Virus record (IMG/VR): IMGVR_UViG_3300034520_000378 | Origin: a virus | Length of the DNA: 64,000 nucleotides | Strand: one strand, 5' to 3' | Part shown: positions 47,879 through 56,407 of the stretch, one piece after another | Numbering within the stretch: the stretch's first letter is position 1 | How the letters are laid out: every line of letters starts with the position of its first letter | Made by a program: the position numbers and the translations under genes | Notes under the pieces: generated by a model | The model's input: only the letters and a program-made list of their open reading frames with translations | What the model was told of the DNA's origin: nothing | The model's database searches: none

Positions 47879-48154
47879 GCCCCCCTCCTGTCTCCCCTGT
47901 TCTTTTTGCCTCCACTGCTCCGCACTGATTTGTTGTTTGGGTGAATTTAGTCTCCGAGCCGCGCCGGTTGGTTGGATGAGCTGGCACCGGGAATACATAA
48001 GCCGGGCCGTAAGTCATGACGTCGCCAGCCGGTCACCTCCTCTTGCGCCGGGAGAGGAGGGAGCGACTCCCTGTAACCCCTTTTGCCAGAAGGGACGCAG
48101 GGAGGGTAATAGCCACGACGGAGAATCAAACAGGCATGAAAGGAGGAGATAACG

Positions 48155-48490
48155 ATGCTGAAGAAAGTGTGGGGCCTGCTCAAGCAAGGTGCCCTCGCCG
48201 TGGCTAAGGCAGTCATGAAAGTTGCTGCTTTCCTGTACAGCCTTGCAACCGCCTTGAAAGCCCGGCTGGCTACCGTCCACCCGCTGCTGCCGGTAGCCAC
48301 AGCACCCGGTGTGGCTTACGCAGCCTATAAGGGCGCCCAGCTGTTTATGGCCTTCTGGGCTATCCTGCTTGCGCTGCCGTTCGGCCTCCTGGGTGCCCAG
48401 GGGCTCGTGAACGCTGTGGTCTTTGTGACCATGCTGCTTGTTCCGTTCACAGTAGCCGGCCTCTTCTTCACCCTGGTGGAGCAGAAGTGA
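48155..48490 (+). CDS. Hydrophobic membrane protein
   Basis: 111 aa, AAGGAGG RBS. Confidence 0.65.
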   Translation: MLKKVWGLLKQGALAVAKAVMKVAAFLYSLATALKARLATVHPLLPVATAPGVAYAAYKGAQLFMAFWAILLALPFGLLGAQGLVNAVVFVTMLLVPFTVAGLFFTLVEQK

Positions 48491-48506
48491 TCCACTAGGG
48501 TGAAGG

Positions 48507-48691
48507 TGGAACGAACCATACTATGGCTAGATATAGCAGTATGGTATGGTACATCCACATACGTGGAACGAACCAATACTATACTGCTATATCTAGATCC
48601 CTGTTCTGTTAGAAGGGTATATAGAGTACCGTAAGCTAAGAAGCTCATATGAGCTATATAGCTTACGGTATGTTTAGTATGGTTCGTTCCA
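48507..48691. repeat. Nested inverted-repeat (four-way junction) element
   Basis: 17-bp perfect outer IR enclosing 16-bp and 12-bp perfect IR hairpins and a small hairpin. Confidence 0.85.
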
Positions 48692-48809
48692 GGCCAGCTT
48701 TATTCTATACCCTCGCTCCGCTCGGTTTAGCTGTTTAGGTGACTCTGCCGGACCCGGTGAGGCCGTGTGCGGCCGGTGGAGGCGTCCGGCACAGAAAGGA
48801 GGTGTTAGT

Positions 48810-49346
48810 GTGAATCGGATTGCTATTATTGGCACCCGGCATCCCGCGCCGGAGGCAGCGGAGCTTATCGTCCGGATCGCCCGCGCCTTCCGTGACCTGG
48901 GCTGGACCTTGGTCACAGGCAATGCGGACGGCGTGGACAGCCTGGCGCGGGATGCGTGGAACGAGACAGCGCCGGAGCGCGTGCTGCTGTTCCTGCCGTG
49001 GCGCGGGTACAATGCAGCATACATCCACCCCCGGAACCGCGTGATCGTGTTTGACCCGCAGGTGCACCGGGTGTGGCACGACTCAGTGGCTGTTTACCAT
49101 CCCGCTGCTGAGCGCCTCTCCCCTGGCGCGGTCAAGCTCCACGCCCGCAACTATGGGATCGTGGAGGCGGCCGACGTTGTCATCGCCCTGCCCAACGACA
49201 GTATCGAGGGCGGTGGGACTGGCCAGGGGATCCGGGTGGCTCGGGCGATGGGCAAACCGCTGTTTGTCCTGCCCGGCGACCTGGAGGCGCTCAGACAGTT
49301 TTACCGCCGGGCTCGGGGACTAGCTTTCGTGCCGCACCGGGGCTAG
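48810..49346 (+). CDS. SLOG-superfamily (DprA/Smf-like) protein
   Basis: IAIIGTR, VTGNADGVD, LPW.GYN, HARN, GGTGQ..R.A. Confidence 0.8.
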   Translation: MNRIAIIGTRHPAPEAAELIVRIARAFRDLGWTLVTGNADGVDSLARDAWNETAPERVLLFLPWRGYNAAYIHPRNRVIVFDPQVHRVWHDSVAVYHPAAERLSPGAVKLHARNYGIVEAADVVIALPNDSIEGGGTGQGIRVARAMGKPLFVLPGDLEALRQFYRRARGLAFVPHRG

Positions 49347-49444
49347 TCTCCTCTCGTAAAGCCCAGTGCCCCCACGGGTGTCTCTACTGCTATTGGAAGG
49401 CGTAGAGGCCCCGTCGGGGCTTTTTTGTTGTACTCCCCTCTCCC

Positions 49445-49693
49445 TTATACCCTCTCCTCTTTCTCCTCCCCTCCTTTCTCCCTGCAGCAGTGATGATCCG
49501 CCCGCCGCAGTCGCCGCGCCCGCCTCAGCTCCTCATACATCTCCTCCCTACCCCTCTCATATCCCTGTTCGTACACATACCTCACCAGAGCTTCTACCGT
49601 CAGCGCCTCAAGCCGTCCATCACGCAGCATGTTGTATACCGTAGCCCTGCTCACGCCGAGCAGCTTTGCAGCCATCGTCGCACTTACCTCCAT
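49445..49693 (-). CDS. Small helix-turn-helix protein (excisionase/HTH_17-like)
   Basis: SATMAAKLLGVSRATVYNMLRDGRL; AAGGGG RBS before ATG 49693. Confidence 0.8.
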   Translation of the reverse strand: MEVSATMAAKLLGVSRATVYNMLRDGRLEALTVEALVRYVYEQGYERGREEMYEELRRARRLRRADHHCCREKGGEEKEERV

Positions 49694-49707
49694 CGTGATA
49701 CCCCTTC

Positions 49708-49894
49708 TGTCTAAAAGTGTCACATTAGTCCACTGGATTAACATCACTTCTTTAGACACCTCTATTCCGTATATTACCCCCGATCTCAAAATGCCGCATC
49801 CCATCGCCGTTTTCGCTCCCGCTCTATACCGCATACCTCTCTCTGTCTAAAAGTGTCGCCTTAATCCACTGGATTAACACCGCTTCTTTAGACA
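49708..49894. repeat. Two 51-bp palindromic direct repeats
   Basis: 49708-49758 and 49844-49894, 46/51 identical; TGTCTAAA..TTA(G/A)TCCA-C-TGGATTAA..TTTAGACA. Confidence 0.9.
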
Positions 49895-50182
49895 CACAGC
49901 TCCCCTCCGCTGGCTGTAGTGTGATTTAACCAGCCTCCGGCTTACTTTAGTCCCCTTGAGTGAAGCTGCGGAGCCGGTAAACTACTCCTCCCCGGGTGGG
50001 GTGCTATGGTGGTTGCAAAAACGCCCGCGGGACGGTAGGTCGCGACACGGGCGGCACGACCCCTCTTCGCTTCCCGTTGCCGCCAGCGCTCCGCGCTCCG
50101 TAGTCTGAACAGCAAAATTACGCAGCGGCAATCGGGATATATACCCGCACACCGGTTGTCGTTGCTGTAGGAGGTGAGAGAT

Positions 50183-51058
50183 ATGTGCGGGAGAGCTCCA
50201 AGAGATAACCATCTGATGGGGGTTGAGCCCCCGGTGACGGCGATGGTGGTGGTCGCCGCAGACTTGCGGCTGCCGGGTGCACCGGTGCGTACTTGGCAGT
50301 TGGCGAAGGGAGGTGAGTTGGTAATTGGCGTGGCACTGGTGGAATTCAGGAATAGGACAACCGTTGGGTATATCACCACGGTTGATCATATAGGGGAAAT
50401 TCGATGGCGAATCGAGGCCGGCCCGATGGGGGTATATGCCACCCAGAGTGTTATGCCCGGCCAAGAGTGGAGTCACTTCCTGGACCCGCTTGGGAGAGAT
50501 GTTAGTCCGTATGTGCACGCTGCCGTGGCCCGGGCGGCGGCGGAGCTGCTGCGGCTGGATCCGGGTAAGCCCCTTGGGGACAGTAGGTTTAGTGGCGTAA
50601 GTCAGTGCGTGGCGTGTCATGCGTTTAGGATCTTGCCGCAGGGCGATCAGGTTTTAGGAGACGCCGAGGGATGGGTGCGCACGCCCAGTACTGGTGATCT
50701 CCGCGACAGGGGGTTATGGCAGGCTGAAAGGTACTATTGCGTTGTCCGCCATGAGACGCCCGAGGATATAGAGCGTCTTGTGGCGAAGGCCAATGCGGAA
50801 TACACGAGGGGATGGAGCGCCCCCATCCTTCCCCTCCATTATGCGGGAGAGGAGTGTCCGTACTTCCTCCCGAAGGGAGCCGGGCGCCGCGGTGGTTTCC
50901 CGGCTTGGGAAGTCCCCGGTGGCCAGATCTCGAGCGATAATGTCGACATCGTTGACCGGGATGGCGTCAGGACTCTGCGTGTGCGAGCAGGGTTCTGGCA
51001 GGTTGAGGTGCCAGTGAAAAAGAATACCCCGTGCGCACACACGGGGCAAAAACAGTAA
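50183..51058 (+). CDS. Hypothetical protein with scattered Cys motifs
   Basis: AGGAGGTG RBS; CVAC..C..CPYF. Confidence 0.6.
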   Translation: MCGRAPRDNHLMGVEPPVTAMVVVAADLRLPGAPVRTWQLAKGGELVIGVALVEFRNRTTVGYITTVDHIGEIRWRIEAGPMGVYATQSVMPGQEWSHFLDPLGRDVSPYVHAAVARAAAELLRLDPGKPLGDSRFSGVSQCVACHAFRILPQGDQVLGDAEGWVRTPSTGDLRDRGLWQAERYYCVVRHETPEDIERLVAKANAEYTRGWSAPILPLHYAGEECPYFLPKGAGRRGGFPAWEVPGGQISSDNVDIVDRDGVRTLRVRAGFWQVEVPVKKNTPCAHTGQKQ

Positions 51059-51074
51059 AAGGAGGTCGATAGTT

Positions 51075-52181
51075 ATGCTGAAAGCATTCATTCTCACAGA
51101 TGATTATACTGCGATCCTGTTTGACGATCAAGGGGAGGAGACCATCATCGGACGGCTCCTACCCGGCCTCCAGGAGGTTATTGCAGAGGAGTTTGGCCAG
51201 GCGGTTCCCGAAGTTGACGAGGTGGTTGACGAGGTTGCTGATGAACCTATCGAGGCCTGTCTGATAGACGAGGATATTGAGTTCGAGGGTGTCGCCGACC
51301 TCGAGCTCCTCGGGGACGACGGAGACCCCGGGGATCGTATACTCCCGGAGGAGTTTATCCGGTCCGGCGACCCGGTGGAGGACGAAGGCCTCACTCCACT
51401 GGACGCCGAGGAACTCATTCCAACCGGCGTGCTTTCCCAGGTAGCGGCTCCGCAGGATCTCTATGTTGCATATTTTGTCAATATCCAGCGGAGCGCGGAG
51501 AATCCGTGGGGTTCCCGCGACTCCTTCGCTGGGATCGACGCTATCGCTGCTGCCGGAAGCTCCCTCCGCAGCTTACCGTACTTCTTCCAGGTTGTTGCTG
51601 TACTCCCCCGACAGCCGCGGGGAGAGTTCAGGAATTTTATAGGCCGCGACGGCCGTGTCCACACAGTCCAGATGAAGGACCGGCCGTACGTGGTGGTTCG
51701 AGCTGGCGACATCGACGAAAACGGGAACTTCGTCCCCGGGATCGTCGATGAGGAGACTAGTGAGAGGAGGGAGCGGTACTTTGTTATCGCAGCCTGGAGC
51801 CTGTATAACATTCGAACAGGCGAGCGGTTCCAGTACACGGAGCCGACAGCTCCAGTGCGGCTTAACGAGGAATTCCGGCGGCGTGTGTTCCAAGTTTGCT
51901 GCGAGCGGTATCCCCACCTCTTCCAGAAGGTGCTTCACCCGAGGAAACACCTCGGTGTGAAGTACTGGCGGGTTGAGGTGCCGACCGAGGGAGACGGTGA
52001 GGCCTACGTCTCCTTCAGGTTCTGGGATGGCCGCTATACCAGAGAGGTTGTGCAAGTCTCCGGTTCTCAGCCCGTGCTTCCCGCTGCTCCAATTTCCCAG
52101 CTCCGGCTCTTTGCTCTACAGGCCGTCGCGTGGCGGCTTGTAGAGCAGGAGCTGGCTGGCGGAAAGGAGGTGAGTGAGTGA
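51075..52181 (+). CDS. Hypothetical protein with very acidic N-terminal third
   Basis: 368 aa, AAGGAGG RBS. Confidence 0.7.
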   Translation: MLKAFILTDDYTAILFDDQGEETIIGRLLPGLQEVIAEEFGQAVPEVDEVVDEVADEPIEACLIDEDIEFEGVADLELLGDDGDPGDRILPEEFIRSGDPVEDEGLTPLDAEELIPTGVLSQVAAPQDLYVAYFVNIQRSAENPWGSRDSFAGIDAIAAAGSSLRSLPYFFQVVAVLPRQPRGEFRNFIGRDGRVHTVQMKDRPYVVVRAGDIDENGNFVPGIVDEETSERRERYFVIAAWSLYNIRTGERFQYTEPTAPVRLNEEFRRRVFQVCCERYPHLFQKVLHPRKHLGVKYWRVEVPTEGDGEAYVSFRFWDGRYTREVVQVSGSQPVLPAAPISQLRLFALQAVAWRLVEQELAGGKEVSE

Positions 52182-52405
52182 TGGCTCACCTCTCCCGCCA
52201 AGCGATGGAGCAGCAGCTTCTCCAGTGGAATCCACACTGGAAGCGAACTACCGTAGAGAGTTGGCATGATCGCCAGCTCTATGCGGTCTACATGCGCTGC
52301 TTGGAGCAGCAGCGTCAGCGCCAGTGGGTGCAGCAGCGACGGACAGTACAATACTCCACACAGAGAGCCGTCCAGCTCTCTCTGTTTGACATCATCCAGG
52401 GGTGA
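52178..52405 (+). CDS. Hypothetical protein ending in a beta-clamp-binding-like motif
   Basis: 75 aa; QLSLF near the C-terminus. Confidence 0.6.
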   Translation: MMAHLSRQAMEQQLLQWNPHWKRTTVESWHDRQLYAVYMRCLEQQRQRQWVQQRRTVQYSTQRAVQLSLFDIIQG

Positions 52406-52588
52406 GCCCGGACCTTACCGGGTTCACCCCTTTTTTGCTTGCAATACACCGCTTCCTTGGATACAGCTTCTGGCTTGTCTTTACTTCTTACGGTGAATTA
52501 CCTCTCTTAAAGGTGATTCAACTAATAGCCTGAACTTGGGACAAAAGCGCTCCGTCCAGGGTTCAGTGCCTTGCAAGGAGGTGAAAGC

Positions 52589-52792
52589 GTGTTCAAGCAA
52601 ATTCTTCTTGACCTCCTCCAGCTTGGTATTACCGATACCGAGCTGGAGGACGGCACGGAGGTACGCAACCTCCGTGTCGAGCCCGGCAGGTATCCCTGCG
52701 CCTGCCGTGGTTATGTGGTGGCCGAGGTTAATGGCCGCTAGGTGCGCTACCGCTATGCACTCCCCTGCCAGGAGTGCGGCGGTTGCCACTAA
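52589..52792 (+). pseudogene. Small Cys-rich ORF interrupted by one amber codon
   Basis: AAGGAGGTG RBS, GTG; ..YPCACRGYVVAEVNGR*VRYRYALPCQECGGCH*; TAG at 52739. Confidence 0.5.
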
Positions 52793-52881
52793 CAGCAGGG
52801 AAATCACCTTACCAGGCACCCGGGTAAGGTGATTCAAACAACAGGGTGCAAATAATAACATCTTAAGGAGGTTGATAGTTT

Positions 52882-53406
52882 ATGATCATTTCGTTAGTAG
52901 GTAACGTGGGCAATGTAAGGGTGTTTACAGGGGAGGACGGCAAGAAGGCTGTCTTGTTCTCCGTCGCGGTTGACCAGAAGGCCGCGAACGGGGAAAAAGC
53001 AGCTCCAATATGGTACAGTTTCAGAGCGGTAAACGGCTTAGCTGAGACGCTAAGCCAGTACTTGACAAAGGGGCGGCTTGTGTATGTCGCGGGGACCTCC
53101 CCACGGATACGCCAGTACGAGGTTGAGCGCACGCTCAACGTCGCTGGCGTGGGGACGGTGAAATTCAAGGACATTCGCCAGGAGGTTGAATACCTTCTGA
53201 CGGACTTCAGATTCCTTGATGCGCCTGCTACTCAGGCTGCCCCGCAGGTTATCGAAGCTCAGGTTGTTGCTCCTGCTGCTCAGGCTGCTACCGCACAGGC
53301 TGCTCCTCAAGCTACTCCGCAGACGGTCGCCCAGGCCTCCCTGAAGGCTTCGGCTGTTCAGGTCGCTCAGGCTGCTCAGGCCATTCCTGAAGACTTGCCG
53401 TTCTGA
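52882..53406 (+). CDS. ssb: Single-stranded DNA-binding protein
   Basis: LVGNVG, FSVAV, YLTKGRLVYV.G; Ala/Gln linker; C-terminal EDLPF. Confidence 0.9.
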   Translation: MIISLVGNVGNVRVFTGEDGKKAVLFSVAVDQKAANGEKAAPIWYSFRAVNGLAETLSQYLTKGRLVYVAGTSPRIRQYEVERTLNVAGVGTVKFKDIRQEVEYLLTDFRFLDAPATQAAPQVIEAQVVAPAAQAATAQAAPQATPQTVAQASLKASAVQVAQAAQAIPEDLPF

Positions 53407-53570
53407 AAGCAAGGCAGCGCTGGACCTCCCGGTGCTGCCTTTTCTTGTTCAGCTTTGCCTGGTGCTTGGCCGGCACAGACCAGCGGTAGGCGGCTGAATG
53501 ATTTCGCTTAAAGGTGCAAGTAGAGTGCCTCTCTAGGCAGCAACACAAACCTGTTGCTGCCTTTTCTTGT

Positions 53571-53599
53571 TTGACTTTGTGTCTCGCATATGGTACAAT
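53571..53599 (+). promoter_or_regulatory. sigmaA promoter
   Basis: TTGACT-N17-TACAAT with TG extension. Confidence 0.7.
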
Positions 53600-53613
53600 G
53601 TGTCTGAAAGGAG

Positions 53614-56346
53614 GTGCCTAGTGTCATGGTGAAGTACGAGGTTCGCGGTAATGTTGCTGTTGTCACGTTCAACTATGACCCGGACTATGTTACTAGGATA
53701 AAGCAGGTGCCGGGTGCTAGATGGAATCCCGAGGAGAAGGCCTGGCAGATACCGGCACAGCACATAGAGACGTTCCGGCGGCTGTTCGATGGCGAGATAA
53801 TTGAAGACCGGCTGCCGGATTTTCATGCAGACATTGTCAAACAGGAAGTCGGCACAGCCGTGCCACTCTATGAGTTCCAGAAGTTCGGGGCGTCGTTCCT
53901 AGCTCAGAGGGCGGCACAGAACGGCTTTGCGTTCTTGTGTGACGCAACAGGCATTGGGAAGGGTCATCCTGTAGACACTAATATTCTTACCCCCGCTGGA
54001 TGGCGTCGGATAGGAGATCTGCGAGTAGGTGACAAAGTCATAGGATCAAATGGGCAGGCGGTAACGGTAACAGGTGTATTTAGGCGTGGTATATTGCCAG
54101 TGTATCGTGTTACCTTTAACGACGGTTGCTCTATTCTTGTCGATGCTGACCATGTCTGGGCTGTTCGCACGGGTAGTGATCAGCACCGTGGGCGCAACTT
54201 CTACCTGAAGACAACTCGTGAACTTATGAACGACCTTACTTATAGCAATGGTTACTGTAAGTGGCGTATTCCACTGGTAGCACCGGTTCAGTTCCAAGAT
54301 AGCGGTGAGAGGCCTATAGATCCATATGTCCTTGGTGTTCTATTGGCAGACGGATGTTTTAGTGGGCATACTGTACGATTTACACCTGGTGACAAACATG
54401 TTGCAGAAGAGGTGGCCTCATTACTACCTCCAGGACTTAGCTTGACAAAAGAGCGAGGTAGTCGATCTAGCTCTACCACATATTGTATATCTTCTGGTAA
54501 ACCTGGAGCATCCAACCCCGTACTTGATGCACTAAGGCAACTAGGGCTTATGGGGTTGCGCTCTCACGAACGCTTCGTGCCTCGGTCTTATCTTTTTGCA
54601 CCTGTTGAGGATCGGATAGCATTGCTCCAAGGTTTATTAGATTCAGACGGCGAATTTTATGTGGGCACTAACCATGTTGGGTTCTGTACTACCTCTCTCC
54701 ACCTGGCGGAGGCTGTTACATTTTTGGTCCAAAGTTTCGGCGGTGTAGTGTGGCAAACGATAAAACGATCCCCAAAGTATAGACATAACGGAGAGCTTCG
54801 TGTTGGGAAACAAGCTTACTTGCTCTCTATTCGCCTGCCCGACTCTATTACACCCTTCCGTATAAGGAAACTGCCACCTCTTAAGAGGCCCAGAAAGTAC
54901 TTGCCTAACCGAATCATACGCTCCATTGAACCGGCTGGTCAAGCTGAAGTGATATGTATTGCTGTCGATGCTCCTGATCAGCTCTACGTTACCGAACACT
55001 TCATAGTTACTCATAATACACCGCAGTCCCTCGGTGCCTGGCTGCTCCTTAAGGACATGCTCGGCACCGAGTCCCTACCTACTCTTGTTGTCACGCCTGC
55101 CGCCGTGCGGCACCAGTGGGTGGTTGACGCCATCCCCAAGTTCCTGGGGAGCGACACCGACGTGGTTGAGGTGGTCGGTACGCAGCAGCAGCGGCTTGCG
55201 CTTTACGGCACGGCGGAGATAACCGTGGTTAACTACGAGGCGCTCATGCGCGATGCCGAGCTCATCCCCAAGGATACTAAGTTTGCCTTGTTCGTCTTCG
55301 ATGAGTGCCAGAGACTCAAGAATAAGAGCGGCGTTACATATAGGGCTGTCAAGAAGTTGCTTAAGCGGATGCCGGGTGCGTTTAAGTTCTTCCTGACGGC
55401 CACACCGCTCATGAACAACCTGGACGAGCTTTATGCCCTGTTCGAATTGGCTCAGCCTGGCTTCTTCGGCAAGTACAGTCAGTTCAAACAGGAGCATATG
55501 AAGTTCGTCTGGACTGGCAAGTACCCCAAGCTTGTCGGCTATAAGAAGCTTGGTATGATTGCCCAGAAGATTGCCCCACATATCCTCCGCCGTACAGCAG
55601 AGCATCCGGAAGTTGCCACTGCGCTGCCGGAGTTTGTTGAGCAGGTGCTGTACGTGGAGCCGTCCCCCCTACAGCGGCAGCTGCATGACCTCATATACGA
55701 CGACTGGCTCAAAACGCAGCAGGAGCTTGCCAAGCTTGAAGGTCCGGCACGTGAGCAGGCCGAGGTGCGCTGCCGCGGCCAGATTGTGCTTATGCAGGGT
55801 GCGGCGGATGACCCGCGGCTCTTCACTATGAGCAGCTCAAGGCAGACGGAGTACTACCTGGAGCACGTGGGAAACATTCCTGATTCTCCTTCCCCGAAGC
55901 TCCAGGCATTGTGCGAGCTTGTTAACGACCTTGTACCCGATGGCAAGGTCGTCATATTCACCTGCTTTGAACGCATGGCGCGTCTTATCCACGGCGCACT
56001 GCAGCAATACAATCCGGCCTTGTTCACGGGTAAGAACAAGGACGAGCGCGAGGTCGAGCTTAAGCGCTTCTGGCAGGATCCGTCCTGTAAGGTTATTGTC
56101 ATGACTGACGCTGGAGGAGTGGGGTTGAACGTCCAAATCGCCAGGTTCCTCATTAACTTCGACCTCCCATGGAGCCCCGGCCAACTGGAACAGCGGTACG
56201 GCCGCATCAAACGCTTCGGCTCACAGTACCGCTCTGTTGTCGTTTTCAACATGCTTACGCTGGGCACCATCGACCAGCGCGTTATGCAGGCACTCCAGCG
56301 CAAGCAGGAGGTGTTTACAGCGCTCATCTATGCATACCCCGTGTGA
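53614..56346 (+). CDS. SNF2-family helicase with N-terminal HARP-like domain, intein-containing
   Basis: F.YD.....IK.VPG..WN....W; GIGK|T Walker A; DECQ, LTATP..N, ILRR, GLN.Q, QRYGR..R; the start may be ATG 53626. Confidence 0.9.
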   Translation: MPSVMVKYEVRGNVAVVTFNYDPDYVTRIKQVPGARWNPEEKAWQIPAQHIETFRRLFDGEIIEDRLPDFHADIVKQEVGTAVPLYEFQKFGASFLAQRAAQNGFAFLCDATGIGKGHPVDTNILTPAGWRRIGDLRVGDKVIGSNGQAVTVTGVFRRGILPVYRVTFNDGCSILVDADHVWAVRTGSDQHRGRNFYLKTTRELMNDLTYSNGYCKWRIPLVAPVQFQDSGERPIDPYVLGVLLADGCFSGHTVRFTPGDKHVAEEVASLLPPGLSLTKERGSRSSSTTYCISSGKPGASNPVLDALRQLGLMGLRSHERFVPRSYLFAPVEDRIALLQGLLDSDGEFYVGTNHVGFCTTSLHLAEAVTFLVQSFGGVVWQTIKRSPKYRHNGELRVGKQAYLLSIRLPDSITPFRIRKLPPLKRPRKYLPNRIIRSIEPAGQAEVICIAVDAPDQLYVTEHFIVTHNTPQSLGAWLLLKDMLGTESLPTLVVTPAAVRHQWVVDAIPKFLGSDTDVVEVVGTQQQRLALYGTAEITVVNYEALMRDAELIPKDTKFALFVFDECQRLKNKSGVTYRAVKKLLKRMPGAFKFFLTATPLMNNLDELYALFELAQPGFFGKYSQFKQEHMKFVWTGKYPKLVGYKKLGMIAQKIAPHILRRTAEHPEVATALPEFVEQVLYVEPSPLQRQLHDLIYDDWLKTQQELAKLEGPAREQAEVRCRGQIVLMQGAADDPRLFTMSSSRQTEYYLEHVGNIPDSPSPKLQALCELVNDLVPDGKVVIFTCFERMARLIHGALQQYNPALFTGKNKDEREVELKRFWQDPSCKVIVMTDAGGVGLNVQIARFLINFDLPWSPGQLEQRYGRIKRFGSQYRSVVVFNMLTLGTIDQRVMQALQRKQEVFTALIYAYPV
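53962..55017 (+). mobile_element. Class 3 intein (352 aa) with LAGLIDADG endonuclease
   Basis: Starts GHPVDT; block B DHVW, block F VICIAV, block G VTHN|T (WCT triplet); LGVLLADG and LQGLLDSDG. Confidence 0.9.
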
Positions 56347-56407
56347 TTTAGCTTAGGTGTGAGCCGGAGAGAAAAAAGCTCCGGTTTGCAAACAAGCACA
56401 CGGGAGG

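Larger units (their letters stand above)
45970..48747 (+). repeat. Five dispersed copies of GCTCCGC-N16/17-GGTG(A/C), putative phage-specific promoter
   Basis: Copies start at 45970, 46579, 47267, 47917 and 48715, each intergenic and upstream of a hairpin leader and AGGAGG RBS. Confidence 0.75.

Noticed and set aside
49708-49894. CRISPR mini-array
   Set aside because: Only two repeats, 51 bp long with an 85-bp spacer, and no cas genes; fits operators better.
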